Shown: one piece after another, positions 1 to 12,200 of the stretch
Numbering within the stretch: the stretch's first letter is position 1
Layout: every line of letters begins with the position of its first letter
DNA from: Candidatus Omnitrophota bacterium
GTDB taxonomy: Bacteria > Omnitrophota > Gorgyraeia > Zapsychrales > Fredricksoniimonadaceae
Reading direction: 5' to 3'
Assembly: GCA_030650275.1 (NCBI GenBank)
Contig: JAUSEK010000026.1
Coordinates: forward strand, 1-62,491
DNA: 62,491 nucleotides
Translations under genes and position numbers: made by a program
The notes under the pieces: generated by a model
Seen by the model: only the letters and a program-made list of their open reading frames with translations
What the model was told of the DNA's origin: nothing
Databases searched by the model: none

Positions 1-1
1 T

Positions 2-220
2 CCGCCGCGCGTCATTGCGTATACTGTTGGTGATCAAACCACCTATGTCATGCCTGACGATGATATCCGCACGCATCTTTCCCGCCGCGGCGACACTTCC
101 GATGAAATTGAAGGATTTATAGAACGCGTGAAACAGCATGAACGCCTGCACCGTGAGCGCAACGGCAGAGGTGATGCTCTTTCCGATCCCGCCCAGGAAG
201 AACGCGCGATTTTTGCCCTG
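2..220 (+). other. Repeated about 73 aa HExxH module, copy 1 (in giant ORF)
   Basis: PRVIAYTVGD..PDDDIR..IEGFI..QHERLHRERN.RGDALSDPAQEERAI; HERLH at 137-151; aligns with 3089-3304. Confidence 0.7.
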
Positions 221-3200
221 CAAGACACAGACGCATCGTGGTGGAAGGACCCTAAGCGGACCAACGTGGTCATGAGCGTACCGATCTTCTCTTTGCGGCG
301 TGAGGTCAATGATCCGGGCATCGGGAAGTTCACGGACATAGGGCCCTATTACAGGGACCATTTGGCGCCGCTGGGCATCGATGCCGTGTTGCTTCTACCG
401 CATTACGCAACGATCGATGGAAGCCCTTACGCGGTCGCAAGTCCGTATTCTTTGAATGAGGATTTCATTGACTGGATGGAGGTTGACGAGGTTAGGGAAG
501 AAGCGGCAATGTATCCGGATGTATTGCAGGAGTTGACTGCGCCGTCCTCAGAACAGCAGGCGGTCCATCACGGTTCACTCCACCACCGGGAACGAGCCAT
601 GGCCTTGAGGGCTGCCGAGCGGTTCTGGACGCGGGAGGTCCCTGCTGATTCAACGAGGGGCAAGATGTTTGACGACTTTGTGCAACGCAACAGGCCGTGG
701 CTGGATGATTACGCGGAGTTCATGGCGGTCCATGAGATCCTGGGTGGTGAATGTTTGACATGGTCTTCCCAGGCCTTGGAACAGGCGAAGCGGGAACAAA
801 CCTATTCGGCACTTGTGCGTTTGCACATGTATGCCCAATGGGTGGCTGACGAGCAGTTGCGCGCGGCCATTGCAATGGTGCATGAGCATGGCGGGAAGGT
901 CCTGTTCGATGTCCCGATGTTCCGCGGGAAAAACAGCGTCGATGTATGGAAGCATCGTGATCACTTTAAGAAAGCGGAAAATCCTGACCGGTATCCCGGC
1001 ATTGTCCGTGGAGAACTCAATGAACGCTGGGGTGATCTCGCGTTATGGAACTGGACTAGGGCCGGGCAGGAAGGGTACCGCTTTATGCTGGACCCCGTCG
1101 CCCATTGGCTTGATATGGGATTTGATGGGGCAAGGATAGACGCCCTTCATATGGCCTATAACAATGGATACGGACAGCTTGTCAGCGGCGATGAGCCGGG
1201 TAATGCCTATGTCAGCGCGCTGGCACGCGTTTTTCAGGAACGGGAGAAATTATCTGTTGCCGAGGCCTACGAAGGAAGGTCTGGGGACATAGCTCGGCGT
1301 GGATTTATCACGGTGCTTGGCGACTGGAAGCGGTTGAGTGATCATGATGGAACCGATGTGAATCCCCGTGACCCAAGGTATGACGATACCCGGGAGACCT
1401 TTATTCAAAATTTCAACGCGTATATGAATTCAGGCAATTTTTCCGGCAAGAATGCGCGGTTCATCGCTTTAGTCCTTGGGCATCAATGGGGCGATCCGAT
1501 GCCGATCAAGCGCATCACCGGTGATAATGGCACGCGCAGGAGCATATGGCATTACCGGATCCCCTTGCAGAGCGACGCCGACTATAAAAATCGGGCCCGT
1601 TTCGACGCGGGTGATTATCTTGCCGCGATCAAAGCGATCCGTCAGGGCAATATCTGGCAGGCAGGCGATGCCATCTCACGTACCTTGTCAGCCGCCGCTG
1701 ATACCTTTGTGAAACACGTCAACGGCACCGTTGAGATCTGGGCCTCCAGCCGCGACTGGTTCCAACAGCAATGGGGCAGGGATACCTTGATCGCCTTGCC
1801 GGGGCTATTGCTGGCCATGGGACGTTTTGATGAAGCCAGAGAAAATATCCGGAGTTTTGCCCGCCTGCAGCGCAATGGGTTGGTCCCCAACAGGATCCAG
1901 GACACACAGCATCCGGAGCGCACGGAATATAACACCGTGGACGGTTCAATGTGGTTTATTCAAGCCATTCAAAGTTATGTGGAGGCAACGGGTGACTGGA
2001 ATTTTGTCAATGAAATGCTTCCCACCATGCGCGCGATCGTTGAATCCTACCAGCACGGCACGGAGTATGAACGGTTCGAGTGGCCCCACCGTATTTACCG
2101 TATTTACATGGATCCTCAGGATGGCCTGATCGTCAGCCCTGCCCAAGCCACGTGGATGGACGCTGATCCGCATCATCGGGGGCCTGTGACCCCGCGCGAC
2201 GGCAAAGCCGTTGAGATCAACGCGTTGTGGTATGCCGATCTTAAATTTTTGGCCGAGGTCGAAGAGCAGGCCGGGGAACGTTCGAGGGCTGAGGCCCATC
2301 GGGATCTCGCGGGACGCGTCAAGATTTCCTTTAACGCAAAATTTTGGAACGCGCCGGAAGGCGCGCTGTTGGATGTTATTGAAGGAACGGACCCGTACCA
2401 GGGCGCGATACGGCCCAATATGCTGATAGCGGTTAGTCGGGGAGGGGACTTAATTTCGCCCGAGCGTCAAGCCGATGTCTTTGCGTCAGCCACCAAAGAT
2501 CTTTTGACCCCGTATGGATTGCGCACGCTTTCACCCAGGGATTCCCATTACCGTGGACGCTATGAAACCTGGAGACAGCCGTATCCGCATGAAGCAGATT
2601 TCCCTAATCATAAAGATTTTGCGTATCATCAGGGTACGGTGTGGCCGTGGTTGATCGGCCCGTATGTGGACACCTTGGCGCGCGTGCGGCAGCAGCAGGG
2701 TGTCGGCGAAGATGAGATCCAGGATGAGATCCGCCGGCTGTTGAGTCCGCTGATTGAATTCTTGATGACAAGCCCAGTCGGGAACATCCCCGAGGTGTTT
2801 GACGGAGATGCTCCGCATCGGGCAGGCGGCACCAGGGCACAAGCGTGGAGCGTCTCCGAGGTCCTTCGCGTACTTACAGAATATGGTGTGCTTGGTCCCC
2901 CGCGGGATGCGGGGCTTGCCGTGCCGGGGTTAATCGCGCTCATCTCCGCCGCCGCGGTCGGTTCTTTTGCGCAGGAGATCAGGGAAACGCATCCGGCCGA
3001 ACATCGGCAATTGGTGGAATACGGAAATTTGCTGGCCCGTTTTGAGGTCCAGCTGACAGACCAAGAGTCCACGGGCCCGCCCTGGCATCCCCGATATGTG
3101 AAATATACGCTGGGGAATGAAATTTATGGTATTCCCGATGATGAAATCCGCAGACAGATGAACGTTTGGCAGATTCCCACTGAAACCATTGAATCATTTA

Positions 3201-6200
3201 TCAAATTCATCAACGAACATGAAGAATGGCACCGTCTGCGCAATATCGGAGGTATTGCCCTGTCCGATCCCGATGCGGAAGAGCATGCGATCCTCACCAT
3301 TCAGGTTAACAGTATCGTACAGAAAAGCATTTCCTCATCCGCCGTATCACCGGTGAAGGATGCGACAGCGCTAATCACGCACGCCGCGGCTCTGATGGGG
3401 AAGGTCAGGGCATTACTGGATGAGATAGAAACTTTGAGGCAATTAAACCTTACCCTTAAAGAGTGGGCTTTGATAAGAAAGACGACGATCAATGCAGACG
3501 CGCGGATATTGCCGGAAGGTCATTTGCCTGATGATGGATTATTGATGGAGCATCGATGGATACAAGCGGCGAAGGCCAGAGAACTGCCGGAGCATATCCT
3601 TAATTTTGCGGACAATCATGAAGCAGAGTTGAATTTTACCGAAACGATGTTAGGGAATCCCATCGAGTTCTTAAAACGCGCCCAAATATTGATTGCCGAA
3701 AGCCCCGTTCTCTCTGAACAGACGGTCCTCAATATCACCGCCCTTGTTGAATCCGCGAATATACGGGTGGATGGCGTTAACCAAAGAGTGGGGCCTGTCA
3801 GAAGCCGTCTTAATACTTTCCAATCTAAAATGGCGAAAGAACTGCGCAAAGCCACCATGGCGTGGGGAAGGAACGACGGGCCGGGCCTGCAAGACCCGCA
3901 CGAGATCTTCAGCTATCTTTTGATTACATTAGTGACAGCCGCGGCTGTGGGGCTTTGGCTGGCCGCGAAGTGGTTCATCCGCAACCGCGGGACGGTGTTC
4001 AGGCAGCGATCGGCCGATTTTCTTGAACTTCTCGCGGCGCGTGTTGATCCAAAACGTATTTCCCGCAGCCGTCTGCAAGAGCAGGCATGGATCGACTCGC
4101 TGACCGGCCTGCACAACCAACGTTTTTTTGAAGCGATCATGGAAAAATACGTGGCCATCGCCAAGCGGTCTAAAACTAAATTATCCATGATCATCTTTGA
4201 TGTCGATGGCCTCAAGCAAGTCAATGACAGGTACGGTCATATCGCTGGCAATCGTGTTTTACGACACATTGCCGACAAGCTCCGCGATGTGGTGCGCGAT
4301 TCAGATGAAACCGCACGATGGGGCGGGGATGAGTTCACCGTGCTTTTGCTGAACGCGGATCTGAATGGCGCGGCCATTGTGGCGGAAAAGATCCGCGCGG
4401 CCGTAGAGACGCCTATAAGCGCCATTATCGGTGCCGAGATGTTGCCTGGCCAGGAGGATAGAAAAATTGCTGTGAGCCTGGGCGTTGCCGAATATGTTCA
4501 GGGGGATACGGGCCAGTCGTTTTTAAGAAAAGCCGACAGCGCGCTCTACCAGGCAAAGAGAGCGGGCCGCAACGGCGTGGTGGTTGCCGCGACGGAAATG
4601 GATCAGCCGCCCGTGCCATTTGTGCGCCACATCGTGCTGCAGGGAAGGGACTATACGATGATGTACGCGGTCGCCAACCCCCAGACGGCGGCAGCAGTGG
4701 CCAATCTTGTGCTGACCAGCGAAGCACGCATTGCCAAGGCGGGCGGGTTGAACGAATGGGAAGGGCATCTCATCGCCAGGGGTCGGCGCAACCCCGCGTG
4801 GTTCATCCGCTATGTCCAGCAGGTGTTGAAGGAAAACCCCTACTCCTTGGTGGCGAGAGATGCGCAGGAAAAAATTCAGGGCGTCGTCTTCGTTTCCCTG
4901 GTTGACGCAAAGAGCGCGGAGGAACTGCCGGCCCGGCACACCCTCATGCGTTATGCGCATCAGCGGCAGGGCGTGCGGTCTGCCATGGTGGACTTCTGGG
5001 TCACCGGCGCCGTCTCCGGGATGGCCGATGAGTTACTGCTTTCAACCAAGCACTTGGCACAGCATCTCAACCGGATGCAGCCGGAGACCTGCCGCATCGA
5101 ACGGCTCTTCGCGTACAGCACACCGCGTAGCTACAAGGAAGCGGATGATGTGTCGCGCGCGGTGATCGGCCCGCTGTCCATTGAGTTCTACCTTGCGTCT
5201 GGCAATGACCCGGTGTTGCATGGATACCACGTTCGCCTTGGCGGTACGATCGTTCGCATCATCTCCAAGGCATGGTCCTCCCGGCATAGCAATCTGGGCT
5301 ATGCCGTCGTTGTGCAGCACCCACTGATCGAGCCGTCCAAGCCGTTTGATCCAACCACCCTTAGCAGCTGGATATTTCCGACATTACTCGCGGCCGGCCT
5401 TTTGGCCAGAGTTCTGGGTTTGGACATGGACCATGCCGGGCAGCAGGCGGGATTGTTCTACGGGTGGCTGGTCAATTCTCTGGCGGGGGCAGTGATAGTT
5501 GTCTGGCAATGGCTGCGCACTCACGGTATCAGGCTTTTGCCGGATGGCCGTTATGTGTACATCGCCCGGCTTGTCCGCCGCCTAGCCAGGGAGGACAGCC
5601 CGTCGCTCGTCAGCATGGACCGCGTCATGGATGTTTTGGTCCAGGACCATGAACTGATGGCGCTCATCAGTGAAAACCGCCTGCTGGACCCGATGGCGCG
5701 ACTCATTGAAAGGTTCACCGAAGGCGCCCATATTTTCCGGTTCAATAAAAGCCAGCAGGAAGCGTTCGTCAAAATGTTTGAAGACAAGTATACACGCACA
5801 GTCAGCTTTGACCGCGACGGGTTATGGGTGGTGGAATTGTACACGCGTCCCGTTACGTGGAAGCAGAAATGGCAGGCATTTGATGAATCACCAGAGCCGA
5901 TAGGCACGTTCCGTTTTTATTATCACCAAAACGGAAAAGGGCCATCATTGCAGATCGGGTATCCTGAAATACACTCTGACTATCGCGGCCGGCATTTGTA
6001 CTCGGAAACCGTACGCGCCATCGTGGATGTGAACAATATTTCTTACGGTACGCGCGTCTGGCACGTGGTGGATGAGATACGCACGCTAGAAGCGCTTTAC
6101 GGGAAGATCGTTGGCGGGCAGGACGAGGAGGCGTATCCGGACAGACCGGAAGCGGACCGCAAGATCCTGTTGCGCGCAGACATCGTTCACGAATTAAACA

Positions 6201-9200
6201 GAAGGTTCGGGGGAGTATGGAGGGACGAGGAGTTCCTTAAGGCGACGGTTTTAGGAAGGCCCCTGGCAGGGCTGGACCGGTTGGCCTTAAAAGCCACGGA
6301 AGGCGGCCTTTGGATGACCGGGATCAATGGTGAACGCGCGCCCGCGTGGGAAGGGCCCCAGGCGCCATCCTGGCTGGAGGATTTCTGGCAAGACCATCCT
6401 GTGATCGCCAACCCCGCGGAACAGGAACGCCTCAAGCAGTGGGAAACAGGATTTGTTGAGCGTCTGCATGACCGGTTCCTGTTGCCGCTGGAAGACATCA
6501 GGACATTTCTTGAAGATGTCCGGCAGGCCATGACCGTTGGCCAGCCCGACACGCGTATGGATACGCGCGGCGTCGACATTTTTCTGGCGCAGCAGGGGCC
6601 GTCGGCGTTGACGCGCGTGGATGCCGCGTATCTCCGGAAACGCTTCGAAGAATTCGTCCCATTGTACAATAACATGGCGGCGGCGCTCAACGGGCACGCG
6701 CCGGTTTTCGGCAGGGCACGTTTATTGGAGGAGGTCTTTTTCACCCACCTTTTCTTGGGCCGGCGTTTTGACATGAGCGCGGCCCAGGCCCATTGGGCGG
6801 TCAATTTGTATCGCCAAAATAATATACCGCAGGGGATAATTCTTGGGTGGCTGGCGCGGCATTCCCTCAAAACGGCCATGAATGAAGAACAGGCCTGGCT
6901 GGCTTTTGAGCGCGATCCCAACCTGATGCTGCGCCTGGCAGGCCTGTTGACCGAAGACGCGCACAGCGGTCTGCATCTTGTGTTTTATCGCCTGATTAAA
7001 GCTAAAGCATTGAGCAATGTCCAGCATCTGGCTGTCCTGTCAGCCGACGATGAGGACGGCAGGCGGGAGGCATTCAGCCGCGGCCTTTATAAAGTTATCA
7101 GAGCGGCCATAGGTTATTCGTATCTGGCGGGTCATCGAATACAGAAACGGATGTTGTCGCCGAAGGAACGGGAATCATTAAGGCAGATATATGCCGCGTT
7201 GCTGAATTTTATCCCCTTGGCTGTCAAGGTTGTGCCGCTGCGCGTGTCACGTCCATCGAAACACCGGCGGAGCTTTCCTATTACCCCTGGATCAAAGGCG
7301 AATGATGAAAAGAAAAAGGCGCGCCGCGTGGATGAGCGGTTGCGGCAAACGCGTGGATTGAATTTTAATGACCTGCGTAATTTTACCCCACAAGACGTGG
7401 ACAAACACATCGACGGCGGGCGCAACGGTCCGCGCCTGGGAGACCCGCACGAGGCATTCAGTTTCATTTTGTACATATTAGTGACAGCCGCGGCCGCTGC
7501 GGTCATGTGGTTTGTCCGTTCCGTGCGCGCGGAATTGGCCGGAGACCTTAAACAATTGGAAAGATCCAAACGCGACAGCGGAAAGATCAGAATGACGTTT
7601 TGGGTGAGCACCCTTGCCGTCGGCGGAGCGGAAAAGGTTGTTTTGGACTTGATGAATAATATAGATACCCGCAGATTTGATATTATCACGGAGACCCGTG
7701 ACAGCAAAGAAAGATATGATGTCGAGATCACAGGTGCCCAGCGGCGGGGTATGTATTTCATCATCAAACCGCTTCTATATTCAAAATTCAGACAGTATTT
7801 ATCAAATAGATCGGGGATCTTAAGATTGTTAAGGCTTATGTTGCTTCTCGCCCGGTCCCTAAGGCAGGCGCCCATCGAATATTTTATCCACAAAAATACT
7901 CGCCCGCGTATTTATCATATTCACGAGTATGGTATACGGCAATCCGGCAAAAAGGCCATTGCTAAATTGGCGGGCGTTCCCGTGGTCATGACCACTTATC
8001 ATACTTTTCCAAAGTCAAATGGGCCGATCCGTTCTCTGGATGACATGATCACGTGGGCCAATCATTTTATAACCAGGATAAGTTTTCATTATATCGATGA
8101 TGTTATTGTGGCGCTGACGGAGGCTGAAAAACAGGAACATATACGCGTGAACCGTGTGCCGGCGGAAAAAATCGTTGTGATACCTAACGGTATTGATCAG
8201 CGGCTCTTTATGGAGCAGGCGGACGTTGAAAAGGTTTTGGATGTCAGAAGAAAACTTCATTTGCCGGAGGATGCTTTTGTGGTTGGCGCCGTGGGCCGGC
8301 TGTCTTTGGAAAAAGGTCATCGTCATCTGGTGGAAGCCGCACGTATTGTTTTGGAAGAAATTCCGCAGGCGTACTTCCTGATCATCGGCGAAGGCACAGA
8401 ACGCGGTAACTTGACCCGACAGATCGAGGCGGCTGGTTTGAGGGGAAGGGTCGTCATGCCCGGTGTACAGACCCATGATTCTTTACCCCTGTATCTGGCG
8501 GCCATGGATGTATTTACAATGCCGTCGCTGATCGAAGGTCAGCCATTGGCCAAGATCGAGGCCATGGCTTCCGGCAAAGCGGTGATTGCCAGCAAGGTAG
8601 GTGGAATGCCCGAAACATTAGATGGCGCAGGAATACTGGTCCCGCCCGCTGACCCGCAGACCCTGGCCCGTGAGATCATCCGTTTGGCCAAAGATCCGGA
8701 ATTGCGCGCGAGGTTGGGCCGGGCCGCGCGTGAACGCGCACAGTTGTTCTCCGTGGAGAAGATGGTGGAAGATTATGCCCGGCTTTATCAACGGCTGGCG
8801 GCAAACCGCGGGATAAGTCTTCAGCCTGCTTCCGCGTCGATCGACAGCGGGCGCAACGGCATGCCGAAACACGAGGAACGGCATATTCCTTACGGAATAC
8901 ATTCAAGGGGGTGGAGAAATAATAACGACGTGGGTCATAACTTATCGGGCGAGTGGTATCGTGCGCCGCATGGCCGGCGCGGTGTCGTTGAAATTTCAAT
9001 CCCCGTTATGGGTAAGTTCTGGACCAGCATGTGGGCAAGGGGAGATTGGACCGCCTTTGGCAGGGGTTATTTTGGAGAGATGCTCACCTTTTTGGAAAAC
9101 TTTATTGAGGATGTCCGCCGCCAAAATCCGGCCGCCCGACTTGTGGATTTCGGGACTGGAAATTTGGAGGTGCCACGCATTATACGGGACGCGCTTACCG

Positions 9201-12200
9201 ATTTCACCGTCTATGCATTCGATGTGGCGGACCCAAGTTGGTTGTATCGGCCGGACGCCGATCATTTCTTCAAGACGGATATCGAGGCCGTTGGTTTACT
9301 GGATGGTCAAGTTCATGCCGTAACAGCCGTGTATGTTCTGGAATATGCCCGACGGATGGACAATGTACTTCGGGAGATCCATAGAGTGCTCAAACCCGGC
9401 GGCCTGGCCGCGATCATCGCCATTCATCCGAGATCAAAACTTGTTGAATTTGCCGCGCAAAACGTCAATAAGGGGGAAACTTGGCTGAAAGAGATGAAGC
9501 CGGGACTGCGGGGACCGGATCATCTTGAAATACACAAAGCCGGCATTCTCGCAAGACTGAACATCATCAAATGGCGCCTCGAAAGAGCGGCAGAGATCCC
9601 GGATACAGAAGAAGGAATGAACGCATGGCTGCGGCGGCATGGGTTCGTTGATATTAAACTCGAACATCTCCATGATCAGGACAGCTTATTGGCATGGGGT
9701 GTGCGTGTGCGCAAGCCCGTTTCGAACCAGTCGCCCGCCGCGCCAAGCGCCTCTGCCAATCTCAGCGGGCTGGATCTGCACAGTCTGCATGATATCACCC
9801 ACGTCTTCTGGCTGGCGTTGGGGTTTGTCATTGCGATCGTGGCCGCAGCGGTAAAGAGGATCAGAAAAGGACGCCAAGTCCATTATTATCCCACCGTGGA
9901 TTCATGGCAGGAGCATGAACGCGCTGTGAACTTTCATTCCCATGCCGCCCATAAGACCACGCGGCGCGCGTTAAGGATCATGGACAGTGTCTTTGCGGCC
10001 TTTTTGGCCATTGGCATAATTGATGTGTTTCTCGGGGGTCTCGGAATAGCCCCTTTGCTGCGTTTGGTATTTTCGTATCTGTTTGCCAATATTCTGGTGG
10101 CGGTCCTTGTCTGGCTCCATGAATTTGTCCATGTGCTTTTCGTCCCGAAAGAGGATAGGACGCTCAAGAACTTCTGGGGGAATATGAGCGGCAGCAATTG
10201 GTTGCACCTGGCCTTCCGCAGGCCTTATACGGTCCCGGGTCGTTTACCCTATGTGCAGATCATGAGCGACCTTTCCGATGCGCGCCGGCGGTGGGTCAAT
10301 TATTCGGCGCTTATCTTTACGTTTTTGAGTTCATCGGCGATCGTTTTTGTCTCCTGGATTCTTTTTACCAGGGGAACATGGCCGATGCCTGCGGGCTTGG
10401 CCGCGATAGTGGCTTTTAGATCCGCGTGGGCCGGTGATTTCCGTAACCCCAGCAAGCATACGTTCCACTGGGGCGCGTCCGACCCCGGGCCGACCGGTCC
10501 CGCCGATGAAGATATTTTTGGAGATCTGGCACATACTCTGGAGAAATATTTTAACAGTATGGACTTTCCGGACAGCATGGCTGAAGATGCGCGCCATGAA
10601 TTTTTCGGACGGTTGTTGCAGAACATTGTGGAAGATCGTCGGCTGAAGCACGGCATACTGATGTCGTGGGTCTTGTGGTCGCTGCGTTCTTATGAACATG
10701 GCGTGAATCCTCTGGAACGTGTTTTTGACATCCTCGGGACTCCTATGCCGCCGCAAAAAATGATCAGATCGGCGATCCGGGAATTTGAACGGGTGTTGGA
10801 CAGGGCAACCCACGCGGTCTCTATGCCGGCGCGCGACTATCAAATGGTTGGTGATAGATCAGCCCGTTCGGCTGGCCGGGCGGTCGTCAAAAAGCAGACG
10901 CCAAAGCAGGCCCCTGGCCACAGAGGTCCGACGGAAGGCAATATGTCCGGGCTGCTGCCATTGGCAGCGGGAGTTGTTGGGGTAGGGATGACAGTGGTCA
11001 TCGCCGGATGGATCCTGGCCTCGATATACAAGCCCCAGGTATTGAAATTTGTCGCCGGACGTGCCCCGCCCGGACCTGTCCGCCGCATTGTCTTGTCCGT
11101 ATTGGGTCGTCTTCTGCCAGAACAATTTATTCCTATTCAGAATCATCTGCGTCGCCTCGTCAAAGGTGATTTTCTTCTTTTGAAATGGCTTCGCCGCAGT
11201 ACACCCATATTGCTTGATTTGAATACGACGCCGCAGACCGTTGGACCGTCGCCGGATCACGGCACAACAGATCCTGGCATAACGGTCATTCCAACAGATG
11301 CCGGCAATCCCAATGCCATGGGAAGTTATGAGGTTCTTTACGGTACACGATTCCTGGGGACGCATGAACATGTTGCGCTCCCGGACAAACGCATTGTTTT
11401 ATATCAATATGACGAATTACCCAAAGAATTAAGAAACGTTGCCATTGGTCACAGGCGCCAAGAGTTTGTTCGCTGGACAGAGAATAAAATGAGCCAAGCG
11501 GTAGGATACGCACATTTTACGACCCGTAGCGCTGGATTTGCTTTGGACAGTGTTGATTTGGCTGGCCGCAGGGTTTTGGATGTTGGGATGGGAGAAGGCA
11601 CGCTGGCCATTTTGGCCGCCAAGAAGGGGGCCAAGAGCGTCGTGGGAGTGGATGTGTATCCACGCATCATTGATGTTGCGCAAAAGAACGCCGAACTCAA
11701 CCGGGTTACGTCCCAAGTTCGCTTCTACATCCAGGATGCCAAACAATCAATTCCCGGGGAAGACGGGTCTTTTGATGTGATTATCATGAACGTGCCCCGG
11801 TATCAATTCTACGAGTTGGTGGGGGCCCTGATGTTGCGGTATCCCATGGTCCAGACGTTCATCCTGGGCGGCAGTGCGCAAAGCATGGACCGCAGCCGTG
11901 TCCTTGATATATCTGACAAAGTTGTCAGACTCTTTCGCCGGCGCGGGTTTGTTTTTACGGCGAAGTTCGTTGACACTATTAACCGTTATTATGACGGGAG
12001 GATGTGGAATACCTATATCATCCATTCTCCATCGGTTGAAGCGCCCAATGCCTTGCGGCAGTATATGGGCAGCATGAAGACCGAATTCACGACGGTAGTG
12101 ATAGTGCTGTCGATGTTCGCATCAGCGCCCGGTCTGCCCGCGGGTGTTGCGGCCGCTGCTGTGCTGGCGGGCCTCGGGTTGTTGGTGCTGGGCATGACCG

